DNA of 64,000 bases from Phyllobates terribilis (lineage: Eukaryota), in contig NW_027362770.1 of the NCBI RefSeq assembly GCF_046119375.1, positions 139,376,001-139,440,000 on the forward strand, written 5' to 3'. The notes below the pieces were generated by a model. It ran no database searches and was not told where the DNA came from. It saw only the letters and a program-made list of their open reading frames with translations. Positions 41,175 to 54,134 of this stretch are shown piece after piece (positions within the stretch are counted from its first letter, which is position 1; each line of letters starts with the position of its first letter). A program made the translations under genes and the position numbers.

Positions 41175-44100
41175 AGAAAGAAACTCTGACAGTGTAGATA
41201 GTTGCCCTTGGGGTATTATATTGTGTGTTTTCATATATGTATTTATTAACTTGTGTTTTGCTTTATAATGGACAATCTAAGTGAAATGGACACTTTTCTT
41301 GTTTGCCTCTAACTACCCGTCAGGGTACATATAGAACTTTGTGGCTAAGGATGGTGTGCAGCCCAAAAACTGCTTCTTGTAAATAATTGCACTCCCTGGA
41401 GTGCCCCTTTAGGTGACCTCAGAAGAAAAACCTGTCTGGTGTGGCACTAACAGAGGTCCAACTCAGGATCGCCATGCCCTACAGCCACCCCAGGGCCTAC
41501 GTGGAGGGTTTGGGACAGGTCCCTCAAGCTACTAAGTACTCTAACCTGTGAGATGGACATCCTGTTGGAAACCTCACCGAAAGAGACTTGAATTCTGAGG
41601 TTGTTTATCAAATTGTACATATCTGTTTATTATTTATAATGTTTTATATGTAACATTCAAGCAAGTGCCTCCCATAAAGGGAAGAGTTATTATTATTGTT
41701 GTTATAAAAAGTACTTCAGTCCGGGAGTACTGAGCTTTGCTAGGGGGGAATGTGGCACCCTACTGTGCATTGGTGCCACAGATCCTAGAGGGGTGCATGG
41801 ATGGTTTCCTCCACAAGAGGCCCTCATAGCATACACACACCTCCACCTTCCACCTCAGATCACCAGAGGGAGCCCGGATAGGGATATAAAAAGGGAAGGT
41901 GGAGCTAGGCAGTTCAGTCTAGTCTGTGAGGAGGTCAGTCTGCTGCAGCCAGAGAAGTTGCCAGTCCAGCCTAGACTCAGGGAGCTCAGGTTATTGAGCC
42001 AACGGCGTGTCGACGCCATAAGATCGGTGAAGAGTAGCGAGGCCTACTGCCAGTGTGAAGCCTAGTTAGGGCCCCGAGCGTGGCCGAATACAAGTGGAGT
42101 AAACTAGCTGCATAGGGGGCAGAGGAGCTTAGCCAGCTCACCCCAAGACCATATACCGGACACCGGGTCCGTGTCTGCAGGGATCTCTACGACCAGCAGA
42201 AACTACCGGAACCCCTGGCGAACTACATGTCCCAGGAACACCACAAGCTGACCGTTATACCAGGGTCAGGAATCGCTGAGGCCCAAGAGACCAGGGAGTG
42301 TGATCTCCAACAGAAGGCCCTACCACCAGGTCAGCAGGTGCAAGACAGAGACTAAGTTAGGCCTAGCTCCAGGCGGGTCACAAACTTATCAGGAAAAGGC
42401 AAGAAACAGGAGGCCCCACACCCGCTCAATGGGGAGAGTCCTGAAATGCACCCTTCACCCTACAGTGCCCTGGATCGTGCCTGAAACACCACCAGTAAAG
42501 GTACTGAAGTGAACTGTCGTGTCTGTGCCTATTCTTCTTCTGACCCGGCTGGGTCCCCTCTGTCCTGCATCCCTTCTCCTACACTGCCCTGAGGCCCCGC
42601 TCCACCTGTGGGGAGCCGCACCAACTAAGCTGCCGGACCACCAGCCTCAGAGGACTGTAGCAGCGCTGGTGATCCTCACCAGACACCACGGGTGGCGTCA
42701 CAAACTTTTCTTATCCCATACACCTTTCCCCCATTATCCATTCCTTGCTTTTTAAGAGTGACCCCAGGGTACGGCCCCGGGAGCCGGCCACCGCGGCATC
42801 CCCCAAAACCAACAACAAGGCCCGGGCGCCGAGTCGTCCCCATCCCCTGGGCGTGTCATATACAATTATATACATGTATTTTTTATTTTGTTATTTTGAT
42901 CTGTCTTTTCAGATTTTGTCATTATATCTTTTGTTATGTCTTATATTGACACAGATAACATTGATAAAGGCAATATGCTGAAACGTTGGATTTGATCTGT
43001 TTACTTTTATGTCGGCTGTGAATAAAATTTTCACTTTATGCATCAACTTTTGTACTTTTATGAGTGCTGAAGGTTACATTTATCTAAGTATTATCTGCTC
43101 CTTCATAGCACCTTCTTCGTTTTTTGAGTGCTGACACTCTTGACCCTTGATATATAGTGGTATTTAACATACACGCAGCGGAAGGGCGTCATTAGTTCCG
43201 CCCATCGGTGCCCGTCACATGATCGCGGGGTGCCGATGGGTTAACATGACAACTCATGGTCTGCTGAATACCCCAGTGCTTGTGATTGCTGATCTACTAT
43301 GAGCTCCGCCCTGTGGCCGGCTACTGGACAGATGATCATTTCTGCTACACATAGCAGGGCTAAAGACTTGCTATGTGTAGCACAAGCAATTGGATGATCG
43401 CAGCTTCCAGTCTCCTATGCAGACTATTGAAGCATGTAAAAAGTAAAAAAAAAAGTTTTTAAAAACATTAAAAAAATGAAAACATATAAAAGTTCAAACA
43501 ACCGCCCCTTTGCCCCATTCAAAATGAAACAATAAAAAAAATCAAAAATACACATATTTGATATTGCAGCGTTCAGAATCGCCCGTTTTATCAATATATA
43601 AAAATCCTGCACCTACAGTACTTCCTATTCATGTACTTTACCCGTATCCTGCTTTCTCTGCTCTCCATGGCACTGTTTATGCTTTCTCTCTTCTGCTATC
43701 ACTAAGAGACGAGAATAGGAGAGCAGAAAGAGCTGTCAGAACCGGGATTAGGAGCTCTGACAATGTGTAACATTTTGCAGAGCACTCTTGGTACTCATAA
43801 CTTTTAAACTAACTGCATACAATCATACTTGTCAACTTTTCACAACTGAGTCTGGGAGAGGGAAGGATAAAAGATTGAAAAAAGTAAAAGCCAAATTAAA
43901 CCAACAAAGGTCGCACACTTTTGAGAATAGTGGCGCAAGCAGGTGAAAAAGGGACACAAAGCCTCAAATTTTTGCACAAGTATGGACTTAAGTAAAAATG
44001 CGCAACTCGCATATTCTACAGTGGAGAGGGTTACATGCATGATGTTTAACTTTTTGTGGTGCGAATCAGGGAGTAGGTGATCTTACGTGCAACTGATTAT

Positions 44101-45989
44101 GCCCAACTGTTCACCGAATCAAGTTCCAGCTTCTGGGTGTGAACAAGGTCCCATTCATAGATAAGACACGGATCTGTTGGAGGATTTAAAATGCAAAGTT
44201 CATTATACAATATATTTGCCATTTTTAAGGTTTTCTTTCTAAACTTCAATTTTTTTTTCCTATTATGTCATTCTCGTTGAGATAGATATTCTGTATTGAT
44301 CATTGCCCCGGGGGTCATAACATTTTATCATAGCAGTAATTAATCCCGATGGAAAATTCGGTTCATGCAGATCAGCCTTACTAAATCACAAAAAAAGCCA
44401 ATTTTGTGTTTCATGTTATTTGACCTAGTTGCCATTTCCATCTTGGCGTCATCGCTACCCCCACCCACCCCGGCCCTTAGGGCTCATTTACCGCTTACAG
44501 ATTAAAATATGGGTCAAATACAGATGTACAATATTTTAAAAAGTAATGAATCGTGAAAATACTGTAGATAGCAGGGGAACGCAACCTGCAGCCTGGGGGC
44601 CGCATGCAGCAAGTGATGCCCACCTATGCTGTCCCCAATTATCTGGCTGCAGTTTACTTGTCCGGTGACTGCATCCATGCATTTTCCAAGTCCTTAAGAA
44701 GAGAAATAGAGGCTAGGTGGGAGCAGGGATGGGTAGGTACTAAAGATGTACTGTGTGGGCATCTTTAGGATCCTTATATACTGTAGGATGGGGGTCTTCT
44801 GACCCTGACGTGGGACTTTAGCATGGAGTAGAGGTGGAGCAGTGGCCAATCATGTGTCCAGCTGTCATCATTGTAGTTTATGGGCGCAGTAAAACACTTG
44901 GCCATCGTAACATCTCACATATTCTACAATGAAGAGGGCCACATGAATGATGTCTTCCTTTCCGGAGTATAAATGGGGAAGAAGGGGACTCTCATCAGAT
45001 GAGGGTCCTGGATATGCAATAGAAACTTATCACACATTTATTGCATATTTTTTCAACATGAATAATAATGATTCTTCAGTTCAGGACAGGGCCATTTTCT
45101 TCCCAGGTAAATTTTCAGGTTTTATCACTTTCAAAGACTCTAAAAAAATGTTCTCGTTTGGATGTTCAATTACTTTTTGCCTTTTTTTGCGATATTTGGG
45201 GCTAAATTTTTATGTTATTTTTATATTCCTTTTTTTTCTGATATCAAGGGGGAAATGTAAAGAAAAGTAGGAAATGTGTGTCTCTTTTTAATTTTTTGTT
45301 TATTTTTAGGAGTTTTTTTTTACAACGACAAAGAACTGCTAACAACATTTAAATTGTGCTCCCCTTTGAATAGAAAATATTTTTATATATTGGACACTTT
45401 TTTATGGGGGTGGGGTTAGAAACAGCGATTCAGATTTGCAGTATCTCTTTTGCTTTTTTATTTATACTTTTTATTCTATTTTATTTTTGGAATTGTTTTA
45501 TTATTTATTTATTTCACATATTGGGCCACCCATAAGGTCTTAAAAGACCAAAGTGGGGCATTTTAACATATTAATACATTATTTTTATTGCTGATTTCTC
45601 TTGTAACTGGGGCTGGTATATTAGACCCAGTTACAGGAGAAATTCAGCTTCCTGGCTGCATAGAAGAGCTTTCTAGGACCCAGCAGCTCCTGCTCCCTCC
45701 CTACACCCAGCGATCACATGACCACTGGGTCTGGAGGAGAAAGCACTGTCAGTGTTTCCTAATCTGTATACACAGTGCTGTATATACAGTGATCAAGAAG
45801 GTAAATTTAATAATAAATCATGTTTACCTGCTCTGTGGGGAGTTTGGCTATGTTTGACAGCCAGCTTTCCACCCCAGAGCTACAAGATTTCTTGCAAGCT
45901 GCTTACTCTGCATTGACATTATGGAACATCAGTGCAGAGTAAAGTGTGGACTGCCAGGACAGTTATAATCAGTAGTCCAGAATTGGTTC

Positions 45990-46800
45990 AGCCCCTTCCT
46001 CAAAAGGTGGTTTTTCATTTTAGCAGTTTTGTTGTCTTCTATCATTCTTCCAAAAGCAATATGATTTTTCTTTTTCTTTTGATATAGCCATATGAGGGCT
46101 TTTTTTTATTATGGGACGATGTGCCACATACCAGAGATGTCACATTCCACCATTCACTTAAGCATGTAAGCATGTTATGTAATAAAATATGAGAAAAATT
46201 AGAAGTGGGGGGAAATGGTAAAAAATCATGCACTTCTGCCATTGTTTAGTGTTTTTAGTTTTTATGGTTCACTTTCTGAATCAAAAATTACTTGACATAG
46301 TAATTCTTCAGGTCAGTATAATTACAGTGTTACCAAACTAAGTAGGTTTCTTTTTATATTTTAAATTCAGAACTTTAAAAAAACAAAATTGGTTTGTGTC
46401 GCCATTTTGTGTGACCTTTAACTTATTAATTTTTGGGTCGATGGACCATAATGAGGATTTGATTTTTTTGCGTAGTGAACTGTAGGTTTCATTAATACTA
46501 TTTTGGGGTACTTGCAACTTTTTATTAGATATTTTGGGGGTAGCGCAACGACCATAAAAAGGCAATTTATGATGTTTTGAATGATTTTTTTGTTTTATGG
46601 CTTTTACCATATGGGTTAAATAATTTTATATTTTAATAGATCAGAATTTTACTGACACATCAATACGAAATATGTTTTATTTTTATTTTTTTATTACTTT
46701 ATGGGAAAAGGGGGATTTAATTTTTTTATGTTTTGTTATTTATATTTATTTTTATAAAATTTTACTGTATTTTTTAGCCCCCCTAAGAGACTTAAAAGGA
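45990..46800. mobile_element. Fragment of the TTAA non-autonomous transposon family
   Basis: Shares blocks such as GGTCAGTAT...ATTACAG and AT-rich tracts with 28560-29480; ends not defined. Confidence 0.4.
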
Positions 46801-47429
46801 TTCTGAAAGCCCAAACTGACTGTTCAATCCAAGTACAAACGCTTGGTGGGGAATATCATTTAAGTGCACCTTCCCACCTACTTGTTTTCCTTCTATATCT
46901 GACCTTTCCTATTTTGATTGATAGCTCTTGCTTTATAGCACCAGAGAAGAGCAGAAATAGATGGAAAATAAGTAGGTGGGAAGGAGCACTGAACTGTTTG
47001 GCCATGTCAAGGGGGCACCAAGCACCTGCGCTTGGCTTGAACATGCGTTCTGTGCTAAGAGATTCCCTTTAAATCTGCATTTGTTTGATTGCTTGTACTA
47101 TGTTATATATTAAAATTAATGAACTCCTATAAAGCCCAAGGGTGGTCTTTATAGGGCACCAAGATGGCAATTACCATTTCTTTTGGTATGATGACAATAT
47201 GTTCTGGTCTTCAGTTGCATGCTATGTTAAAGGACACAGATCTGACACCTGTTGATACCTGTACTATCTGTGACCAGTCCAAGATAGTTTTATTATCTTC
47301 TCGAAGGTAACAATGAAAGCTCTTAATGAATGCCAGCAAGCAGATTTCTTGAAAACTGTGAAAATTGATTTAGAAAAAAAATGTAAAACTTTTAATTTCA
47401 CCTTTACTAAAACCGTAATATCTCTTTAA

Positions 47430-48516
47430 CAAGTTAACAAGATATGACATACAAGGTACGCCATATGCAGTCTCCCTGTCTTTGATGCGGGTTCGTAAGC
47501 TGAGACAACATCTTTGCTGGCAGATGATGGCTGTAATAATCAGCCATCATGTGCTTTTAACAGCAGTGCGTGGAGTGGACGTGATCGCGGGGCACCAATT
47601 TGTTGCCATGATGGCCAGTGGTCTGCTGAAGACCATTTTGCCTGTCATGACAGAACTCCTGTGAAAGCCAGCCTGTGGCTGGCGCTCATAGGAGACCATG
47701 ATTTTTGCTATACATAGCAATACTATGGCACTGCTGTGTATAGTACAAGTGATCAGATGATTGCAGGTTCAAGTCCCCTAAGGGGACTAACAAATGAAGT
47801 GAAAAGTGGAAAAAATGTTTTAAAAAAATATGAAAAAAAAAAAGTATAAAGTTTAAATCACCCCCTTTCCCCATTAAAAATTAAGAAATAAAAAAATACA
47901 CATAGTTAATATCGCTGTGTTTGTAAAAGTCTGATCTTTCAAAATATTAAATAAATTCATCCAATCAGTAAACGACGTAACGAGAAAAAAATCAAACCGT
48001 CGGATTTGCGTTTTTTTGTCTGCTGCAACAACACAAAAAAATGTTATGAGGTGATCAAAATATTGTTATCCACCCCCAAATTCTATAAATAAAAATATAG
48101 GCTCTGTATCCCAAAAATTGAAAATGTTACGGCTCTGAAAAAATGGCATCACAAGCAAATATATATATTTTTTTACAAATCTTTAAATTTGTTTTCACTA
48201 CTGAAGTAAAACCAAACTATACATGTTTGGTATCTGCCTAATCATATAGACCTGGAGAATCATATTGCTCGATCATTTTTACCATAAAATTAATGTTGTG
48301 GATGAAAAAAAAAAACAATTGCGGAATTGCACTTTTTTGGCTTGGATTTTATTTCTTGCTATACAGTACATCACATGTTAAAATGCATGGTGCCATTCAA
48401 AAGCACAAGTCGCCCCGACAAGTCCTCATATTGCTATGTAGATGAAAAATTAAAAAAGTTAGGGCTCTTGGATTAAAGAGAAGAAAAAAAGGAAAAAATG
48501 CCAAGTCCTTGAGGGA
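47430..48516. mobile_element. About 1.1-kb TTAA-flanked non-autonomous DNA transposon
   Basis: TTAA at 47426-47429 and 48517-48520; degenerate terminal TGACATAC...GTACGCCA palindrome; body similar to 43172-43610. Confidence 0.55.
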
Positions 48517-51500
48517 TTAAAAGTTGAATGGGGTTTTCGACATTGTATACAAAATACATAAATAAAACAAAAAGAGTTACTATTTACTAATATATTGAGA
48601 ATGCTTATCACATCATCAGGGCAGAGATTTTTTTCAATTCATTGTGCATGACATATAAGGAGTTGGATATACTGCCCACAATCCCCCTTAAAGACACTAG
48701 TACTGTTATGATGTGTAATGTGATTTGTGATATGAATTAATAGTGTTGGTTTTGTGTTCTGCTTGATAGTAGGGAGAGTTAAAGTTAATGTTTGGGACTA
48801 GCCCAGAGTGGGAGGTGTAATGTGAAGGAACAGAGACAGTTTCCCGTCAGGACGTCAGACAGGGTCTAGTTTGCAGCTAGAGCACACCTTTGGTCTGAGT
48901 ACTCAGCAGGGCTGCATGAGTTTGGTGTCCCCAAAGTGAGTGGAGACCAGGGCAGTGGATAGAGTGATCCTGAGCACAGAGAGAGAGAGAGAGAGAGAGA
49001 GAAGTGACCGAAGGATAGGAGTAATTGATTTACCGGAGATGGGTCCTGGGACAGGACGTCCGAGTTTACAACTCAGAGAGGTAACGGGCCTGGAAAGAAC
49101 AGGGAACATGAGATGTAGAGAGTGCCACGAGCTGGAGTTCCAAGGCATCAGTCAGCAGAGAAGCTAAGTAAAGGCCATAGAGGCAAACTAACTCCCCTTG
49201 GGAAAAAGACACAGAACTGTGGGTTGAAGCACAGGACTCTCACTTACTGGACTGTAGTACTGAGCTGGGTTGTGGTGAAGACAGAGGAACTTGAGGAAAA
49301 ACAAGTAAGCCTGAAAGAAGTAGTGAGATCGTGTGTAAATATGCTCCGTATTGTAAAAAAAAGTTTGGGAAGTTATTGTCACGGGTGTGTCAGAAGTGAA
49401 AGTCGCCCTGCAGTGGGTTGCATGCGATCTCTACATTTGGCATTGGTGACACCTTCTCAGAGGCTGTCTCTAGGACCCAGCGGCTACCTTCCTCTGGCTA
49501 ATTAACACCCTGGCATGGGTGTATAAATACTTGCTGTGTTCCAGAGGGAGGTTCCGGCGATATTTATTACTCCTTGCGAAGGCTTTAGCAAGAGTAGTAC
49601 TTCTTCCTCTCTGGTGCCTGAGGACGTGTGCGGATTTGTCTGGAATCATCTAAAGCAAAGCTATTTCCCCCTGTTTGTCCTCCCTTGTTGTCTTTAGTGT
49701 TCAGTGGGGATTGACTAATGCTCATCTACTCCCTTCCCTAGTCTTAGCCAACGCCAGGGAAAGACAGGGCAAGGACTACGTGCGGCGATTGGTGAAGAGC
49801 CAATATAGGGACGTTAGGGGAGACAGGGTGATATTCTATCAGACAGGAAGGCTCCACTCCCCCCTTTTCCTAAACGCTGGGCTTCCTTTCCCTCTTCCCC
49901 TCTTCCCTTTGTGTTGCACTGTCTATCCCATCTATCTATCTATCTTGCATGACATTATCGCCGGCCGAGCACATTTTGAAAAGGCAAAACAAAAACACTG
50001 ACACTTTGGGTTTTTTTTTCTCTGTGTGTGTTTTTTGGCCTTCAACCTTTTTTTTTTTCCTTTCTCCTTGGTATGGGTTCAGTTGCAGAGCTCCGCTGTC
50101 TGGTTCTGGAGGTGAAGGACCTCCGCTGAGAGGTTCAGCAGCAGCAGCGGCTACAGGTCGCCAATGTGGGGGTCTCTGCAGGTAGGCCTGTCGAACCTGA
50201 ACCTCTCGGACAGGTTTTCAGGAGGTAGGAACAAGTTTTTTGTTTTCAAGGAGCCCTAAAAACTGTATTTTAAACTTTGTCCTTACTCCTCCGGAAATGA
50301 GGACCAACGGGTTGGAATTGTGATCTCTCTACTGCATGGAGATCCTAAGTCATGGGAGTTTTCTTTACCACAGGACTCGGTTTGTCTCCAATCTGTGGAA
50401 GGGTTTTTCGGGGCTCTGACCCTCATCTATGATGACCCTGACCGAGTATCCTTGGCTGAGTCTAGGCTACGTCGCCTCAAGCAGGGGAATCGGTCACTGG
50501 AGATGTACAGTTCGGAAATCCGTAGATGGGCAACAGATTCCAAATGGAATGACTTAGCCCTTAGTAGTCAATTTTGTGAGGGGCTTACTGAAAGGTTGAA
50601 AGATGACTTGGCAGTGTATAAAACCCCTCAGTCCTTGGAGGCTGCCATGTTGTTGGCCATACATCTTGATAGACACCTTCAGGATAGACCGGTGAGACCA
50701 CCTTCTCCGGGGCCTTCTTGTCGAGGTTGTCTACCTCTGCTGGGGGAGCGGTCTGCGGATGAACCAGTACGGGGGAAGGTGGAGGAACCCATGCAGTTAC
50801 GGGGTGTCTCTGCATCATACATCTCCCTGGAGATTCGCAAGAAAAAAGGCGTATGGTTTTTTTGTGGAAAAAAGGGACATTTTGTTGGGACTTGTCCTTC
50901 AATTCCTAAACAAAAGGAGATTCGATTAACTCTTGGTAGTCTGGAGTTGGATAAACAAGGGGTGCATTTGTTGCCAAACTGCAGTTCCTTCTTTGTCCTG
51001 ACAGCAGAGGTGGTGCTAGAGAGCAAAGCCGAGAAAATGTCTGTGTTTGTTGACAGTGGAGCCGGAGTCAGCATGGTTGATGTTAAGTTTGTGAAAACTC
51101 ATGGTCTTGCTTGCTGTACTTTAGATAAACCTATTTCCATCTTCGCCATTGTCTCTGCACCACTTGCACAGAAAGCATTTACTCAGATTGTATATAATAT
51201 AAAACTGAGGTTGGGGTCAATTCATTGTGAAATAATCCCTTGCTATGTCCTGGACAATCTTCCCACACTGATTGTTTTGGGTATTTCCTGGTTTGTGAAA
51301 CATAATACGTTGGTGGATTGGCAGGCCGGGGAGATTATTGAATGGGGAGATTACTGCCATGAGAACTGTTTAGATATTTCCCTTGCTACTGTCTCTACGG
51401 AAATATTACCTGATTTTCTGTCTGGCTTTGAGGATGTTTTTTCTGAGAGGGGGTGTCAGGATTTGCCTCCTCTTCGTGCTTATGACTGTCCTAATAACCT

Positions 51501-54134
51501 GACCCCAGGAGCTAAACTACCGAAGTCCAGACTATATAATCTTTCTGGCCCTGAGAGACAAGCCATGAAGGATTTCATTGCGGAAAGTCTGGAGAAGGGA
51601 CATATCAGACCCTTATCTTCGCCCGTTGCGGCAGGGTTCTTCTTTGTGAAGAAAAAAGATGGCGGTCTACATCCCTGTTTAGATTTCCGGGAATTAAATC
51701 AAATTACCATCCGTGATCCATAATCTCTTCCTCTGAATCCTGATTTTTTCTGCTAGGTTGTGGGAGCTAAGGTATTCTCCAAGTTGGATTTAAGGGGAGC
51801 CTACAATCTGGTTAGAATTAGAGAAAGGGAAGAATGGAAAACAGCGTTCAATACCCCGGAAGGACATTTTGAGAGTCTGGTTATGCCTTTTGGTTTGACC
51901 AATGCACCTGCGGTATTCCAGCTTTTCATAAATTATATTTCCCGTCATTTGATGAGGAGGTTTGTGGTGGTTTATCTGGACGATGTTATGGTTTATTCAC
52001 CTGATTTTGAGACACATCGGGGGCATGTTAAGCAGGTGCTCCAGATATTAAGGGATAACAAACTTTATGCCAAACTGGAAAAATGTGTTTTCGTTGTTCA
52101 GGAGGTGCAGTTTTTGGGGTACTTGTTGTCATCTTCGGGTTCTCGGATTGATCCGAAGAAGATCTGTGCAGTCCTTGATTGGGAACTTCCCGAGAACCTG
52201 AAGGCTCTACAACGCTTTCTGGGCTTTACTAATTTTTACCGGAAATTCATCCAAAATTACTCAGTAATTGTGAGACCCCTTACTGACATGACTTAGAAGG
52301 GGTCTCATTTTTCCAAATGGTCAGAAGCCTCCCTCCAGGCTTTTTCTTCCTTAAAGAATCATTTTGCCACTGTTGTACTTATACTCAATCAACCCGATGT
52401 TTCCCAACCCTTTATTGTGGAGGTTGATGCGTCGGATGTCGGGGTTGGGACTGTGTTGTCTCAGGTAAATGGCATCCATGCTCCTTCTTTTCTAAAAAAT
52501 TGTCTTTGGCTGAGAGAAATTATGACGTGGGTAATAGGGAACTTTTGGTGATCAAATTGGCTTTCGAAGAATGGCGACATTGGTTGGAGGAGGCTGTCCA
52601 TCCTATTACTGTTATTACTGACCATAAGAACCTGTTATTTCACAAGTCAGCTAAACGTCTCAACCGTAGGCAAGCCAGATGGTCCCTGTTTTTACTAGGT
52701 TCAATTTTGTTGTCACTTTTCGTCCAGGGGTCAAAAATGTCAAGGCTGATGCTTTTTCCCGGAGCTTCCCTGGGGGTGGTAACCATGAGAACCCAGCCCC
52801 GCTATTACAGAAAGGGGTAATCATTTCGGCACTGTATCTTGAACTGGAGGGTGAGGTGTTGGAGGCTTAGGGGGACGCCCCTGCCTCCTGCCCTTCAGGA
52901 AGGTTACTTGTACCATCTGATCTGTGCCGCAACGTAATTAAGGAACATCATAACTCTGTGCTTGCTTGGCATCCAGGTGATAAGGCAACCGCGGACCTCC
53001 TCTCCCGTCGTTTGTGGTGGTCGGGGTTGAATCGGGATGTGATTGAAAATGTAGCTGCTTGTAGTATTTGTGCGTGTTCTAAGGTTTCGCATACCCGTCC
53101 GTTTGGTACTTTTCTTCCGCTACTTATCCCTAGTAGGCCATGAACACACTTGTCCATGGATTTTATTACTTACCTACTGGTTTCTGCAGGCAAAATGGTG
53201 GTTTTGGTGGTAGTAGATAGGTTCAGTAAAATGGTTCACTTCGTCACATTGCCTGCACTTCCAAATGCTAAGACACTTGATCAGGTGTTTGTAAATGAGA
53301 CTGTGAAGCTTCACGGGGTTCCCTCTGATGTGGCGTCAGACCTAGTTTGTTTCTAAGTTCTGGAAGGCATTCTGTTCTTAACTAGAGATGCAGCTGTCCT
53401 TTTTCTCTGCCTTGCGCCCTCAGTCGAATGGACCGACTGAGTGTGTCAATCAGAATTTGAAGACCTACCTCAGGTGTTTCCGAAAATCAGGAGGATTGGG
53501 CATCCAACTTACCGCTGCCAGAATTTGACATTAATAATCATCATCTAGAATCCACTGGCAGGTCACCGTTCTTCGGTGCATGCGGTTATCACCCACAGTT
53601 TGGTACCTTTAGTGGGGGAGGAGCTTCAGGAGTTCCTGAGGAGGAACGGTTTGCTTCGTCACGCTCCTCGGTATGGCTCTGAGTAATTTAAAGAACAAGG
53701 GAGACAGGTATAAACTTATGGCTGACAGAAAACGCTTGTCATGTCCAGACCTGAATGTGAATGACTTTGTGTGCTTGTCTACCAGAAATATAAAATTGAA
53801 AGTTCCTTCTTGGAAGCTGGGACCTAGGTTTATTTGTCCCTATAAAATAACCGCCGTCATTAACCCAGCAGCGTTTCATTTTGAATTTCCTCAGACCCTT
53901 AAGGTCCAAGTGTTCCATAGGTCCTTACTCAAGAAGTATGTGGAACCTCTTGAGCCCTCACCTCTACCACCACCTCCAGTAATGGTTGACCAATAATGGT
54001 TAATGGTAATCTGAAGTTCCAGATTTTGAGGATTGTAGATTCTCGTCTCCAATGTTGTTCTGTACAATACTTGGTGCACTGGAAAGGCTATGTTCCAGAG
54101 GAGAGGATGTGGGTTTCAGCATCAGAGGTGAATG

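Larger units (their letters stand above)
34573..42858 (+). mobile_element. Full-length, decayed autonomous non-chromoviral Ty3/Gypsy element 'E'
   Basis: LTRs 34573-35680 and 41751-42858 (1108 bp each, a few percent divergent); TSD TATA; PBS 35689-35707; PPT AGGGGGGAA; gag followed by PR-RT-RH-IN. Confidence 0.95.
25049..43155 (-). mobile_element. 5'-truncated Penelope-like element (PLE) with inverted pseudo-LTRs, expanded by nested insertions
   Basis: 16-bp TSD AGTGGTATTTAACATA at 25033-25048 / 43156-43171. Left arm (25049-25257 + 30457-30581 + 33051-33218) is the inverted repeat of the right arm (34112-34572 + 42863-43086). GIY-YIG remnant lies between the arms. Confidence 0.85.
18489..43610. 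mobile_element. TTAA (piggyBac-like) non-autonomous element forming the oldest layer, in three pieces (18489-18516, 24866-25048, 43172-about 43610)
   Basis: TTAA|CCCCTTTGCGACCTATGAC start; rejoining across the insertions restores the terminal palindrome ACCTATGAC...CGTCATAGGT; 43172-43610 resembles the element at 47430-48516. Confidence 0.6.

Noticed and set aside
25047-43086. Giant DNA transposon with 220-bp TIRs (MULE- or Polinton-like)
   Set aside because: The inverted repeat continues inward after removing nested inserts and flanks a GIY-YIG remnant; the 16-bp TSD fits a Penelope-like element.
44080-45130. Possible small host exons on the minus strand (e.g. PSSDESPLLPHLYSGKEDIIHVALFIVEY)
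   Set aside because: Splice-like sites exist, but frames are short or interrupted and I recognise no protein; needs RNA-seq or BLASTX.
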